From positions 744,001 through 808,000 of the forward strand of contig OZ024741.1 of the NCBI GenBank assembly GCA_964016885.1: a stretch of 64,000 nucleotides of DNA, read 5' to 3'. The DNA comes from Eledone cirrhosa (Eukaryota). A program made the translations under genes and the position numbers. Shown one piece after another: positions 25,606 through 38,974 of the stretch. The notes under the pieces were generated by a model that ran no database searches, was not told the DNA's origin, and saw only the letters and a list, made by a program, of their open reading frames with translations. Position 1 is the stretch's first letter. The number at the start of each line of letters is the position of its first letter.

Positions 25606-26392
25606 ATACATATAAATACATATACATACATATACATACATACACATACATACATACACACATACATATATATATACATAATATACATATACATACATAC
25701 ATACACATAAGCATATACACATTCATATACACATATACACAAGCATATATACATATACACAAGTATATATACATATACACAAGTATATATACATATACAC
25801 GAGTATATATACATATACACGAGTATATATACATATACACGAGTATATATACATATACACGAGTATATATACATATACACGAGTATATATACATATACAC
25901 GAGTATATATACATATACACGAGTATATATACATATACACAAGTATATATACATATACATACATACATATATACATATACATACATACATATATACATAT
26001 ACATACATACATATATACATATACATACATACATATATACATATACATACATACATATATACATATACATACATACATATATACATATACATACATATAC
26101 ATACATACATATACATACATATATACACATACATACATATATACATATACATACATATATACATATACATACACACATATACATACATATACACATATAC
26201 ACATATACATACATATACACATATACACATACACATACATATACACACATATACACATACATACATATACATACATACATATACATATATACATATACAC
26301 ATACACACATATATACATACACACATATATACATATACACATATATATACATACATACACACACATATGCATACATATATATATATACATAC
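25605..26392. repeat. Compound microsatellite incl. 20-bp unit GAGTATATATACATATACAC (~10 copies)
   Basis: Direct tandem repetition. Confidence 0.95.
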
Positions 26393-29300
26393 ATAAAAAC
26401 AAATTCACCTCATGGACGAGAATGCAAGGGCTCCTCCTCTTTGTTTCGGTCGTGGATGGCTAACATAACCCATCTCCACCATTTCCCCCCGCTCCCACCC
26501 TCCAAACGCAATCCAAAACTTCAGAGTTGGTACCATGAATGTAGGCACCTTAAAGGGTCGCTCTAATGAGGTTGTAGAAATGCTTGAACGTAAGGAGGTC
26601 GATGTTTGTTGTATTCAAGAGACCAGGTGGAGGGGTGGGTCTGCTAGATTCATCGTGGGTAAAGAACGATGCTATAAGCTTTTCTTGGTGGGAAATGACG
26701 ATGGGCTGGGTGGAGTAGGAATCATGGTAGCAGAAAAGTGGGCAGATAAGATAATAGACGTAAATAGAGTGAACGACAGAATAATTAAAATAAGACTTGT
26801 CCTCAATAGAACTACGGTGACAGTAATATCTGCGTACGCACCCCAATCCGGACTGCCCGGCACTATAAAAGACAGATTCTATGAGACACTGATGCTCACT
26901 ACCTCCCAAATAACCAACAGTGACTATATAATTATTGCTGGCAACCTAAATGGTCACGTTGGACAACATTGTGACGGCTATGACGGAATCCATGGAGGCT
27001 ATGGGTTTGGTACTAGAAATGAGGAAGGCTCCAGAATCCTGGAATTCTGTGACGCAAATAACCTAACTATCTGTAACACTAACTTCAAAAAACGAGACAA
27101 TCACTTGATCACCTATAGATAGGGGGACACACAAGCCAGGTAGATTATATCCTTACCAGGAGACGTGACAGAGTGTCTGTTGTAAACACTAAATCCCTCC
27201 CCCATGAAGAATGCACGTCTCAACATAGACTCATAATTAGCGACCTCATAGTCAGGACGAGACGTATTCGACAACAGAAGAGGACTATCCTCAGGAGAAA
27301 AATATGGAAATTAAAGGACCCCACAGCCAGTAATAAATTTAAAAGCATATTACTTGATGCTTTTGATAGTAAGGAAGAGCAATTAGAGTTGTACAATATA
27401 GAGGAAGAGTGGGAATTCCTGAAAGCTAACCTGTTGAAGGCGACAGATGAAACCTGTGGTTGGAGCAGGCCTCTAGACAGGAGGAGAGTAACTTGGTGGT
27501 GGAACAGTAAGGTGGAGAGGTCAATCAAGGCTGGAAAGTATGGCGGGATGGGGGAAGTAGAGAAGACTATCAAGTGGCCAGGAGGGAAGCTAGGAGACAA
27601 GTGTACTTCGCAAGAAGGGAAGCAGAGGAAAGAAAGTTCAAGCATGTTCTACAACGCGAGGACCAAAAACGTGAGGTGTTCAGGATTGCTAGGCAATGTG
27701 TCAAGGAAAACAGTGATATTGTCGGGGAGAAGTGTGTCCTAAATGATGATGGTGTACTTGCCATCACTGACGCTGATAAGAAGGTAGCTTGGAAGTGTCA
27801 CTACGAAAGGCTACTAAATGAGGAGAATAATTGGGAGAAAGACAGTCTCCCCCACATCGACCCAATAGAGGGACCAGCAGTGAAAGTTGAAGGTAGTATA
27901 ATAAGTAAGGCGATCAAAGACATGAAGACGGGCAAGGCGTCCGGGCCTTCGGAAATAGTTGCCGAAATGCTGAAAGCATCTGGAACGGTGGGACACAGTA
28001 TGGTCACCCGGATAGTAAACCAAGTCATACAGAATGGGGTCGTTCCGAAGGACTGGCGCAGCAGCATCATCATTAACTGCTACAAGGGTAAAGGTGATGC
28101 CCTAGATAGGGGGAAACTATAGAGGCATTAAATTAATTGACCAGGTCATGAAGGTCACAGAAAAAGTAATAGCGCAACTAATCAGAGAGCGAATTGATCT
28201 AGACGAAATGCAGTTCGGGTTTGTGTCAGGTAAAAGTACAACAGACGCTCTTTTCATTGTACAACATCTACAGGAGAAGTACCTAGCTAAAAGTAAACCC
28301 CTATACTTAGCTTTTGTTGACTTGGAGAAAGCCTTTGACAGAGTACCCCGCTTGATTATCTGGTGAGCCCTTAGAAAACTAGGTGTTGATGAATGGCTTG
28401 TGAGAGCTATACAAGCCATGTATAAAGAAACAGTCAGCAAGGTTAGAATTAACAACGAATATAGTGAAGAGTTTAGCGTAAAAGTTGGTGTTCATCAGGG
28501 CTCCGTCCTTAGCCCCCTACTATTTATTATTGCTCTTCAGGCTATAACAGAGGAGTTCAAGACCGGCTGCCCATGGGAACTCCTATATGCAGATGATCTA
28601 ACGCTCATAGCTGAATCAATGGCTGAACTAGAAAATAAATTCCAAACATGGAAGCATGGCCTAGAATCAAAAGGCCTTAAAGTTAACTTGTCTAAGACTA
28701 AAGTTTGTAGGAAGGAAAATAGGGCACCGGTCCCATCTGGGAAATGGCCATGCTCAGTGTGTAGGAAAGGAGTAGGTAGAAACTCCATGTTATGTCCCAA
28801 ATGCAAAGTATGGCTACATAAAAGATGTAGTGGGATCACAGGTAAGCTAACTAAGAATATAGATTTTATATGTGGCCGGTGCTCTGGTGCAATAAGTAGC
28901 ACACAAGTGCCCACAGAATACTAACTCATTCCATTGCACAGATGGTTCTATAGAAATAGTGGACAGCTTCCGTTACCTGGGTGATAAAATCAGCAGTGGG
29001 GGGGGATGCTCTGAAAGTACAGTAGCTAGAGTCAGAACGGGATGGAAAAAGTTAAGAGAGCTTATACTACTATTGGCCGTTAAAGGGTTCTCTCTAAAAA
29101 TGAAAGGCAGGCTGTATGATGCCTGCATACGAACAGCAATGTTACATGGCAGTGAGACCTAGGCATTGTGTGCAGAGGATATACGCAGGCTGGAGAGAAA
29201 CGAAGCTTGCATGCTCCGCTGGATGTGTAATAGTAATATACGTGAACGGCAAAGCATAAACGAAATAAGGGAGAAATTAGAAATAAGAGGGATCAGATGT

Positions 29301-29921
29301 TTACTCGAGAGAAGACTATGTTGGTATGGTCACGTGATGCGCATGAAAGACGACAGCTGTATAAAAATGTGCAGGGCAATAAAAATAAACGGTAGCCACG
29401 GAGTAGGCAGACCCAGAAAAACCTGGGACGACTTGATAAATTCCGACCTCACACACTTACACCTCTCCAAGACAATGTCACTGGACCGAGTTCTTTGGCG
29501 CTACACAGTAATAGAGAAGACCCGCCTTACCTAAGTGCAAAGTAAAACCTACTACAGTCAGTAGGCACCTCTAACAAAATACACCCCCGTCCCATTACCC
29601 CCACTCCATCCACACCACCCCTTTCAATGTAAAGTTATGTTGGTACCACAACATCCAGCCCGAAACAAATGAGGTCGTGTAGGTGTCACGACAAAAGCAC
29701 ACACAGTCCACGCTGTAATGTGGGCGTGTAGGCAACACGGTAAAAACCTCCCAGTTCCACACTGTAAATGTGGTTGGTGTTAGGAAGGGCATCCAACCGT
29801 AGAAAACCCGCCAGACAGTCCTATGCGAGCAAGACAACCACTCTTGCCTCAAGTGGGAAAATTCCCGTCCAAACCCATGCGAGCGTGGAATATGGACGTT
29901 AAACGAAGATCATGATGATGA
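26393..29921 (+). mobile_element. Near full-length RTE LINE (APE endonuclease + RT), inactivated by stops/frameshifts
   Basis: MNVGTL..CCIQETRW..ISAYAPQ..GNLNGHVG (APE), TSQHRLIISD, TWWWN, RT with GVHQGSVLSPLLF/YADD, RGRPRKTW-like end; stops at ~27120, 28364, 29160; (GAT)n tail. Confidence 0.95.
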
Positions 29922-30139
29922 TACATATATACATATATACATACATACACATATATACATATATACATACATACACATACACACATACACATACATACAC
30001 ATACACACACACACATACATATACATACACACACACACACACACATACATACATACACACATACATACACATACATTAGTATTCACACATACATATACAT
30101 ACCAGTACCCATACATATATATATATATATATATATATC

Positions 30140-30270
30140 AGTATTTCGAGTACGGCCACTACATTATATTCATGTAGGAGAACCCCTACCGATGCGCTGA
30201 ACGAGTGTGACTTTTTAGTCCAGCCAGCGACTTGAAAACTCTTGTACAAACACTACACTTGTGATAATTA
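30140..30270 (-). mobile_element. 3' end of a second RTE-like family (C2H2-type terminal motif)
   Basis: Reverse complement of 39900-40030 (CHKCSV..RVFKSLAGLKRH). Confidence 0.55.
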
Positions 30271-30585
30271 TATATCTATCTATCTACCTACATATCTATC
30301 AATTATATATCTATCTACCTACATATCTATTTATGTATCTCAAAACCTTTTGCAACGTCTATCTTGAGATGTTAAACACCCTCTTACGCCATATCATGCT
30401 TGTTTGCCAAGGGGAGATAATTACATGATTGACTTTGACACGTGCGTACACACCAAACAAACTTAGACACACCCACATACAGCAATGGTAGACGAACGGC
30501 GCTGAATTTGATTTTCGGTGAAAACGTAACAAGTTGTGTTTCATTGTTTGAACAAACGGACCACTATTATTTCTTCTGGAAACAG

Positions 30586-30772
30586 GTGGTGGATTGGCAG
30601 TATCGATAGAGTGTCGGACGCCATGCTTTCCAGCATAGTTACGTCCCTTTACGATCTGAGTTCAAATCCCGCCGAGGTTGACTTTGCCTTTCATCCTTAC
30701 GGGGTCGATAAAATAAAGTACCAGTAATGCACTGGGTAATTGCTGGCCTTGTGCCTAAAGTAGAAACAATTA
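30586..30772 (+). mobile_element. tRNA-derived SINE with Meta-like central domain
   Basis: GGTGGATTGGCAG...CTGAGTTCAAATCCCGCCGAGGTTGACTTTGCCTTTCATCCTTACGGGGTCGATAAAATAAAGTACCAG...GTGCCTAAAGTAGAAAC; further copies at 53685-53870(-), 59424-59611(+), partials at 31625, 34400, 46467. Confidence 0.8.
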
Positions 30773-31239
30773 TTTCTTCTGGAAACTTTTTTTTATTTAT
30801 TCTTACCCTCCTTTCTCGTCCATGGGAGCAAATAAGACATTTATTTTACAAGAGAGTCACTTCAGAAAATTACGCTATCAATATTGATACAGCACATAAT
30901 AGTGATAACCATTTCAATGCAACAACTTAAACAACAATAATATTAATGATATAAGGAAAAAGAGTTCAGAGGAAATTTAACAGAAGAAAGAAGAAATGAA
31001 TTAAGAGAGGAAACTAGAATTTCTCAATGAAGCAAGACGAGGAAGACAAAGGTATGCTAAACATGTGTTTAATTAACATTACAAATTGTTCAGTTCTTTC
31101 AGAATGAAAATAAAAACACATAATACAATGTGTATAAAAATATCTCTATTTGATTTCTAGCTTCGAAAAACTGTCAATTTATTTATGAAAATGCAAAGGA
31201 ACGGTTGAACATCAGAGCAAAAGACAGCAGCGAGGGGTA

Positions 31240-31620
31240 AATTTTTCAGCCTGTGGGGAGTCGGGCCGCTGACTGCGAGGTTCCTCTCTTCACTGGCGGC
31301 TCGCCTAATAGAGGTAACTGGCGAGGGCGCTTGTTTCTTCCAGCACCCCAGCCTCGCCATCACTCGAGGTAACACTGCCAGTGTGCTGGCTTGCCTTAAA
31401 AATCATTAGAGAGGTTGCCCAGTACCCCTGGCTGCTGTCTTTTGCTCTGGTGTTGGCTCCGTTTTCCACCCCTTCAATTTATACTGTTACTTAAGCATTT
31501 GTAGTGTTATGTATATATTTAAAACATTTATGTTATTCTACTGTAAATTTATTTATATTCTTTGTATATATCATATGTGTTTATATTTTCACTCCCATTT
31601 GTAACGTTATTTAATATATA
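31240..31620 (+). mobile_element. 3' end of a distinct CRE-clade element
   Basis: GVGPLTARFLSSLAARLIEVTGEGACFFQHPSLAITRGNTASVLACLKNH* aligns with C-terminus of the 1394/12185 CRE ORFs (GPRATSLL..LFQCVSLAVLRGNAFSIL). Confidence 0.65.
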
Positions 31621-31878
31621 ATAAGTGTTTCTACTTTTGGCACAAGGCCGGCAAATATTCAGTGTATTACTGGTACTTTATTTAATATATAATAACATTT
31701 CAAATTGTAAGATGTAAATAATTGTTCCAAATGTATTTAGTTGTTAACAAACTATCAAATTTCTCTTTTATTCAGTTGTATAAATAACATTAGAAATCGT
31801 TTGCAATTCTTTCAGAATGAAAATATAAACAGAGCATATAAATAAATTTACAGTAGAATAACATAAATATGTTTTAAA

Positions 31879-31940
31879 TACAGTGGTACCTTGAGATACG
31901 AGTGAACCGACATACGATTTTTTTTTAGATACGAGCTAGC
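31879..31940 (+). mobile_element. pogo/Tigger-like terminal inverted repeat remnant
   Basis: TA|CAGTGGTACCTTGAGATACGAG...; partner TIR not found. Confidence 0.45.
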
Positions 31941-32344
31941 GCGTGCCTGCTGCTTGATTTTTACATGTTAATTTTCTGACATGCTTCATTTTTACACGAA
32001 AAAACATTGAATTTTTAGAATAAATATTTATTAAAATATTAACAGAGAAAATTAGATTTTTGATTTAATTTTTTAACAAAATAAATATTTATTTACAGTT
32101 TTTCACAGAAAAACTATGCTTCATTTTTACATGAATATTTATTTACAGTTTTTAACAGAAAAAATATTGCTGCGAAATACATTTTTTTTTTTTAACAGAT
32201 TTACAGTTTTTAACAGAAAAAAAATTCTTTAAACAATATATTGTTGCGATATACAGTAAATTTTTTTTACCGGTGCAATTTTATGCGTGATGTATGTAGT
32301 GAATGGGTTGAGCAAAATCCGGCGATACTCGGTGGTCTTGATTC

Positions 32345-32560
32345 TGCCGAGACTGCTGCCTCTCATTGAAAGGCACTGTGCAAATGGATCTATGATCCAT
32401 ACAGATGAGTGGCGGGTATGCCTGGTCGTTATACACATCTCACTGTCAATCGTTCAAAGCATTTTGTTGATCCCATATCAAGTACACACACGCAAAATAT
32501 TGAGGGGTGTACCAGCCGACCAATATTTCAGTCGTATTTAAGGGAGTTTCAGTGGCAATG
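32345..32560 (+). mobile_element. Merlin/ISXO2-like DDE transposase fragment
   Basis: LLPLIERHCANGSMIHTDEWR, then (frameshifted) YTHLTVNRSKHFVDP..HTQNIEG. Confidence 0.7.
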
Positions 32561-33099
32561 TCACGTATCCAACTGGTGAAGGTAAATGTTTCGAAAAAAA
32601 TGTAGTTGTTCTAATGCAGTTTATATATAATATCGTCTTTGTTTTAATGCGTAGTGGAACTACGTCGCACTTCACATTTGCATAAGCAATAATGTCAAAC
32701 TGACCAATGGGAGGTTGCGTATGAATACATGGGCAGTCTCACTCTCTTGTTAAAAACCCGACACAGTTGACGCGTGAAGATGTATCTATAAAAAATGGTG
32801 ACCTGGCTGTAAAGAATACATCCTTCACACACATAAAAAAAAAATGTCGAGTTTACAATAACACAATATTTTGTTTGCACATGGCATTTTTGTCCAATGT
32901 GGCGACTCACCTCCTATTTCTTCATCACTTATTCCCGCGCTTTTACTTTGGCCAACATAAGCGCACTCTTTACTGTTTCAAGGATACTACGGACTTCAAA
33001 AAATTATTTTTAAATGTTTTGTTCGCAACTATTTTGTTAAAGTTTACGAACGTCTTTGATGAACACCTTGGCGACTATACACCTACACAGCTCTTACGC

Positions 33100-33370
33100 T
33101 GATAACATTTTGGAGTACTCCGGCAATTCGACCACTACTACGCCTTCACGACTTGCATGAAAACTAGGCAACAAACCTTTAAATATTCTGTTCCGAGGGA
33201 CTTTCCTCGTGGACCCATGTTTTTGTCAGAAATGACGGTGAGAAGACCTCTCACTCCACCTTATTCTGGACCCTATCGTGTACTTGCACGTAGAGATAAA
33301 CATTTCACCTTTGACTTTAATGGACATAAAGACACACTCTATTGACAGACTAAAGCGGGCCTACACAGAT
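33100..33370 (+). mobile_element. Gypsy LTR-retrotransposon integrase C-terminal (GPY/F) fragment
   Basis: THVFVRND..RRPLTPPYSGPYRVLARRDKHF..SIDRLK across frames. Confidence 0.75.
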
Positions 33371-34179
33371 GCTCTCACATCAGAGCCTCATACTCCCCTC
33401 TGCTACAATGTGTCAATACAAGCACCACCGCAAACACCACAATCACATTCAAACACTCCTTTACTTTCAACATACATCAAACTGACCAATGGGAAGTTGC
33501 GTATGACAGACCGAACTGACTTGCAGATGATACATCGCGCGAAAATTTATTGTAAAATGACTCCTACAATCCTTTTCGACAAATAAAATTATATTTATAG
33601 AGGAGTGAGCATTGAAGAGCTATTTATTTATATCCTGGAAGTCAGCAGCATTTACTACCGATAAGAAGCTACCAACTCTTCGATTAAGGTATTTCAATTA
33701 TATCACTTATAACTAATATCCTTCGAAGACCTATAACAACAATGTAAAATCATATAGATAATATTTAGCCCCTCATCCTTATCTATAAATGTATCATTTA
33801 TCACATAAGACAGTGTAACACAGTCTTCGTTCAACTAATGTGTATATTGTCAATTGCGATTTTATTTGACGTATCATATCTACATGTATATATACTTGCG
33901 TATAATATCAATATACACACTACACATGCTAGCAGAAAACCACTCGTAGTATATATATATATAGCGTAGAGTGTAGCTAGTGTATGTATGTATATATAAG
34001 TATGTATGTATATATATGTGTGTGTAAAAATGTCAATAATGACCTTTTTTTTTTTTTTTTTGACAAAAAACTTGAATTTAAGTTGTCATGTTTACCTTAA
34101 TTAACATTTTAAAAGAAAAGTTGGTTATTTTGACATCCCCCCCCTCCCCAAACTAAAAACAAGACATAAAAATTTAAAT

Positions 34180-34420
34180 TTAAGTTTTAATTGTAAAAGT
34201 AACATTATCATATTTTAGCTCCTTGAGTTCCTTAAGTGCGTATTTCAGCTCGTATTCCCCATTTTCTAAACACAATGCTTTTGCAACCGAATCTTCACTC
34301 ATTGAATTCTGTATTCGTAGACCTGACTTTTCCCAGCAATTTACAATTGTCTCTTTTACAACCGAATCCCATGCCTGGACTGACCAAAAATACCATGCAA
34401 TAACTGTTTTTACTTTTGCC
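34180..34420 (-). mobile_element. pogo/Tigger (CENP-B-like) transposase C-terminal fragment
   Basis: WSVQAWDSVVKETIVNCWEKSGL motif. Confidence 0.65.
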
Positions 34421-34519
34421 AGCAATTATTCCAGTGCATCACTGGTACTTTATTTATCGACCCTATAAGGATGAAAGGCCAAGTTGAACTCGGAAAATAA
34501 AGGGGCGTAACTCATGACG

Positions 34520-35630
34520 TTCCTTTTAAATTGACACTTTCACATCTTTATTAACCAACTTTATTAATAAAAATCGTATTGTAGTTGCTTTTGAATGACC
34601 AAATTATTCCTTGGTCTAAAGGTTGTAATTTTGTAGTTGTGTTCGAGGGTAGAAAAAAAAAGTTTTATATTTTAAAAGCTTTGTTTGTGGCATGCTGCAT
34701 TATCAAGGAGCAATAATACTTTTCTCTATTGTTTAAAAAATTCGTAATTGATTTCTTTTAGGTAAAATGAAAATATATTGTCTGTCATCCATCCGTAATG
34801 TTCTTTTTATAATAAAATTCCTGTTTAGAAATGTCAATATTCTTGAAACAACGAGGTTTAAGGCTTTTTTCAGTAAAAAGGGGTTTAAACTTTTCACCAG
34901 TTGCACTACATGTGAATAGTACTGTAATTCTCTTTTGATTCCTCTAATTTTGTATTATCATCGTTAAGAAAAACATAACTTTTAGTCCCTCTCCTTATTC
35001 CTACCCTTTGTCTCATCCTCGAATCCATATTCTCAGTCCCTGTCTCCTATTCCTTATCTCTCTATCTCTTACTTTTTATTATTTATTTAATCCTTTGATA
35101 TGTTATTATACAACTTGCCTTTTTATTTTGCTGAAACATATATCGTATTCCTTTTCATGTTATTGTTATCATTATTGTCATCACTATTTTACACATCCAC
35201 TTACTCACCACTATAACTTCTACTATTATCAGAAACCGTATTTTGTACTTATTTTTTATATCGTCATTCTTTCTTCTTTATACTTTTATTATTGTTTATC
35301 TTTTATTATTGATGTTTTCGTTTTCATTCACTCGATTCTCTGATGTATCTATAAATGCTAATGCCATGTGTTACACCCTCCAGTATTCCGATGATTTTAT
35401 CAGAGCCACACACTGTATTTAAGGTCGAGTGATTAGCGACTTTTAGACTCACCTGTTCAATGAAACAATTGTTAGTACTGTAAATAAAACCCTTTTTATA
35501 CAGCCGACCATCTTACTCTTCATTCTTTCACTACTATTACTCCAAGATCGACCTGCATGGGAATTATTGCAAACTCGCTACCTAAGTAAGGAAACCTCTC
35601 ACTGGATTACCTAAAACGATAACTTGTTAT
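34520..35630 (+). mobile_element. Probable decayed Penelope-like element 3' region
   Basis: Eroded GIY-YIG-like traces (YILK..FVCGM, ..GLN), then TATAAAT (35350), hammerhead (35381-35480), AATAAA (35483). Confidence 0.45.
35381..35480 (+). ncRNA. Type I hammerhead ribozyme, long stem II, CCGAUGA core
   Basis: CAGTATT CCGATGA T[TTTATCAG...CTGTTCAA]T GAAA CAATTG TT^AGTACTG; 7-bp stem I, palindromic stem III, GUU triplet. Confidence 0.6.
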
Positions 35631-35644
35631 CCCATGTGTATATA

Positions 35645-36165
35645 TCATCATCATCGTTTAAAGTCTATCTTCCACGCTAGCATGGGTTTAGACGGGAGAT
35701 GTCCCACTTGAGGCAAGATTGGTTTTTCTCGCTCGTATAGGACTGTCTGGCAGGTTTTCTACGGTTGGGTGCCCTTCCTAACACCAACCACGTTTAGTGT
35801 GGACTGGGAGGTTTTTACCGTGTTACCTACACGGGCACATTACAGCGTGGAGATTTTTTTTTTTTTTTTTTTTTTGTCGTGACATCTACACGACCTCATT
35901 TATTTAGGGCTGGGTGTTGTGGTACCAACATAACTTTACAGAGAAAGAGGTTGGAGGAGAGGGTAGTGGGATGCGGGTGTATTTTTGGTTAAGAGGTGCC
36001 TACTGACGAGGTTTCGCGTTGTACATAGACAAATCAGGTCTTCTGTATTACTGCGTAGTGCCAAAGATCTCTGTCCAGTGACATTGTCTTGGAGAGATGT
36101 ATGTAAGGTCGGAATTTATCAGATCGTCCCAGGTTTTTCTGGGTCTGCCTACTCCGTAACTTCCA
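35645..36165 (-). mobile_element. RTE 3' UTR/ORF end
   Basis: Reverse complement of ~8440-8945. Confidence 0.85.
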
Positions 36166-36202
36166 TCAATTTTGATATATATATATATGTGTGTGTATAT
36201 AT

Positions 36203-36345
36203 TTGTCCTGGGTATGACATTAAACTACATCCAGTGGCAAGGCTCAAGTTCAGGAGGAACTGTGGGGAACGTGGAGTTACCCCCTTAGTTGTCATAACTC
36301 CCAGGTCTGCTCTGGCCTGGTGTAGTAGTACCTGTTAGGGCCCCT
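36203..36345 (+). repeat. Unclassified interspersed repeat (SINE-like)
   Basis: TGTCCTGGGTATGACATTAAACTACATCCAGTG...TACCTGTTAGGGCCCC recurs at 44937-45085. Confidence 0.7.
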
Positions 36346-36364
36346 TTTATAGGTTAAATAATAA

Positions 36365-36873
36365 GATGACAGATCGGGGTACCCCTATCAAAGGCCTTCT
36401 CTAGGTCAACAAAGGCTAAGTATAGTGGCTTATTTTTCTCTAAGAACCTCTCTTGTAATTGTCTCATCAAGAAGAGGGCATCTGTTGTACTATTCCCAGG
36501 CACAAAACCAAACTGCATCTCATCTAGTTTGACCCTTTCTCTAATTAGTTGTGCTAATATCCTTTCTGCCACTTTCATAACCTGATCCATCAGTTTTATA
36601 CCCCTATAATTTCTCCTCTCAAGAGCATCCCCTTTACTTTTGCACTAGTCTTTGGGTATGACACTGCCATATATAGCCTGATTGATGTGTGCAACCAGTT
36701 TAGTGCCTACGTCCCCTGAGGCCTTCAGCATCTCAACAACTATCTCCGATGGTCCAGCAGCCTCACCATTTTTCATTTCCTTAATTGCCTCTTGGACCCT
36801 ATATTCGTCAATCTCAATAGCTGGTTCTTCTGTCTGATCTACTGAGGGTAATTTCTCTCTCTCCCATGTATAT

Positions 36874-36910
<37 letters not shown>

Positions 36911-38520
36911 CTTGAAATATTTGTAAATGTCTGAGAGATTGGCTAAATGTTTTACAGTGTACTGTGCCACTAAACTGCACCATACTAAATCACACTACAC
37001 TACACTGCACTGTACTGTTCACGCTAACGCTACTGTTTTCTATTTTGCAGTTATGATCAGTAAGAGAAAGGAAGTTATTTCAACAAAAGCTAAGTATAGT
37101 GGCTTCTAATAACCTCTCTTGTAGTTGTCTCGCTAAGAGGGTATCTGTTGCACTTTTCCCAGGCACATAACCAAACTGCATCGCATCTAGTTGGACCCTT
37201 TCTATAATTAGTTGCGCTAATATCCTTTCTGCCACTTTCACAACCTGATCCATCAGCTTTATTCCTCTATAATTGCTCATGTCCAGAGCATCTCCTTTAC
37301 CTTTGTAGCAATTTACGAGAATATTGCTGCAGCAGTCTTTGAGTACAAAACCGACATATATAGCCTGATTTGATGAAGCGTGCAACCAGTTGAGTGCCTA
37401 TGTCCCCTGATGCCTGCAGCATCTCGGCAACTATTCCTGACGGTCCAGCGGCCTTACCATTATTCATTTCCTTAATCGCCTCTTAGACCATATATTCGTC
37501 AATCTGAATAGCTGATCCCTCTGTCGGATGTACTGGGGGGGTAATTTCTCTCTTTCTCACATTGGGTCTCCACATTCATCAGTCTCTGTTAATGACATTT
37601 CCAGGCCTTTTTTTTCTGACCATCCGTAAAACTAAGTACGCCGGCATTATTAAGCAGACAAACTTAATCTCGATTTGCACTGACACACAGCCTCGCAATA
37701 CGGAACACGGCGCGTCTTTGATCTTCTTGTCGAGCAGCCTCCTTGCGTGCTAAGTACACCTAACCTCTAGCGTCTCTCTTAGCGGCTGTATATTCTTCTC
37801 TACTCGCACTAATTTTGCAAGCATTCCATGCTAGTCTTTAGTCTCCAATGGCCCGATCTACCGTGCTGTCCCACCACCATGTCACTCTCTGTCTGGTTGG
37901 AACTCTGATCCAGCCACAAGTTTCATCAGTAACCTGCAATAAGGTATCGCATAAGAAATTCCAGTTATCATCTATGTTGTACGACTCTAAATCGTCTTCT
38001 TTTTCATCATACACATATTGAAGGGCTTTCCTAAATTTGTATTTTAGTGAGAGCTCTTTTAGCTTCCAGACCTTTCTTTTTTCCACACCTTCCTGTATGT
38101 CTCATTCAGTCTCTTGCTTAATGAGATATCACTAACGACTAACCTATGCTGTGGGGTACATTCTTCCCCGGGGTATGCCTTTGTATTTGACACCATCTGC
38201 CTGTCCCGCTGCCTAACTAGCAAGAAGTCAATCTGGCTTATGTGCTTGCCTGATTTGTAGGTTATTAGGTGGTTGGCAGATTTGTGTAAGTTAGTGTTGT
38301 AGATGGTTAGTGCAATTGCATCGCAAAATTCAAGAAGTTTCACTGCTTCATTTCTTAAGCCGTAAGTGTGCCCAACATGTACCTCGGTGTAACCATCGTA
38401 GAGCTGTCCAACATGACCATTGAAATCCCCTGCTAGCATAACGATGTCTCCGTCCTGTCATTGTGGCTGTTTGTAAAAATTGCTTGTAAATGCAGAATTT
38501 CTTTTCTTTACCTAGCAGCA
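36365..38520 (-). mobile_element. Stacked RTE fragments (two RT-proximal pieces and an endonuclease piece)
   Basis: ORFs 36354..36590, 37080..37385, 37838..38086, 38059..38439 (AGDFNGHVG, SQIDFLL, TPQHRLVVSD). Confidence 0.9.
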
Positions 38521-38974
38521 GTTTCTTGCTCTCAATTAACCCTAAAACTAGCCGTAACGCTAACAGTAACACTAACCGTAACACTAACTTATGCAGGCCT
38601 AGGTAAAGACGAGAAAGATAAAACAAGGAGTGATGCTATTTGAATTTTGTGATGCAAGTGTTTTAACCATTTGCAAAACCAACTTCCGCAAACCTGCCAA
38701 CTGCCTAATAACCTACGAATTAGGCAAGCACAGAAGCCGGATTTCTCGGTAGTTAGGCAGCGAGACAGACAGATGGTGTGAAGTACCAGGGTGTGCCCCG
38801 GGGAGGACTGTTTCCCACAGCGTGGGTTGGTTGTTGGTGATGTCTCGGTGATCCTGAGACGGAGTGAGAAGTGCAGGAGGGTGTTTATAGGTAAATAGAT
38901 AGACTGATGCACAGATATCTGGATAGATTGATAGAGAGATAGATATATAGAGAGCATCATTATCATCGTCTGTT

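Noticed and set aside
32345-32560. Bacterial IS1595/ISXO2 contamination or horizontal transfer
   Set aside because: Eukaryotic Merlin transposons carry the same domain; the fragment is decayed and embedded in eukaryotic repeats
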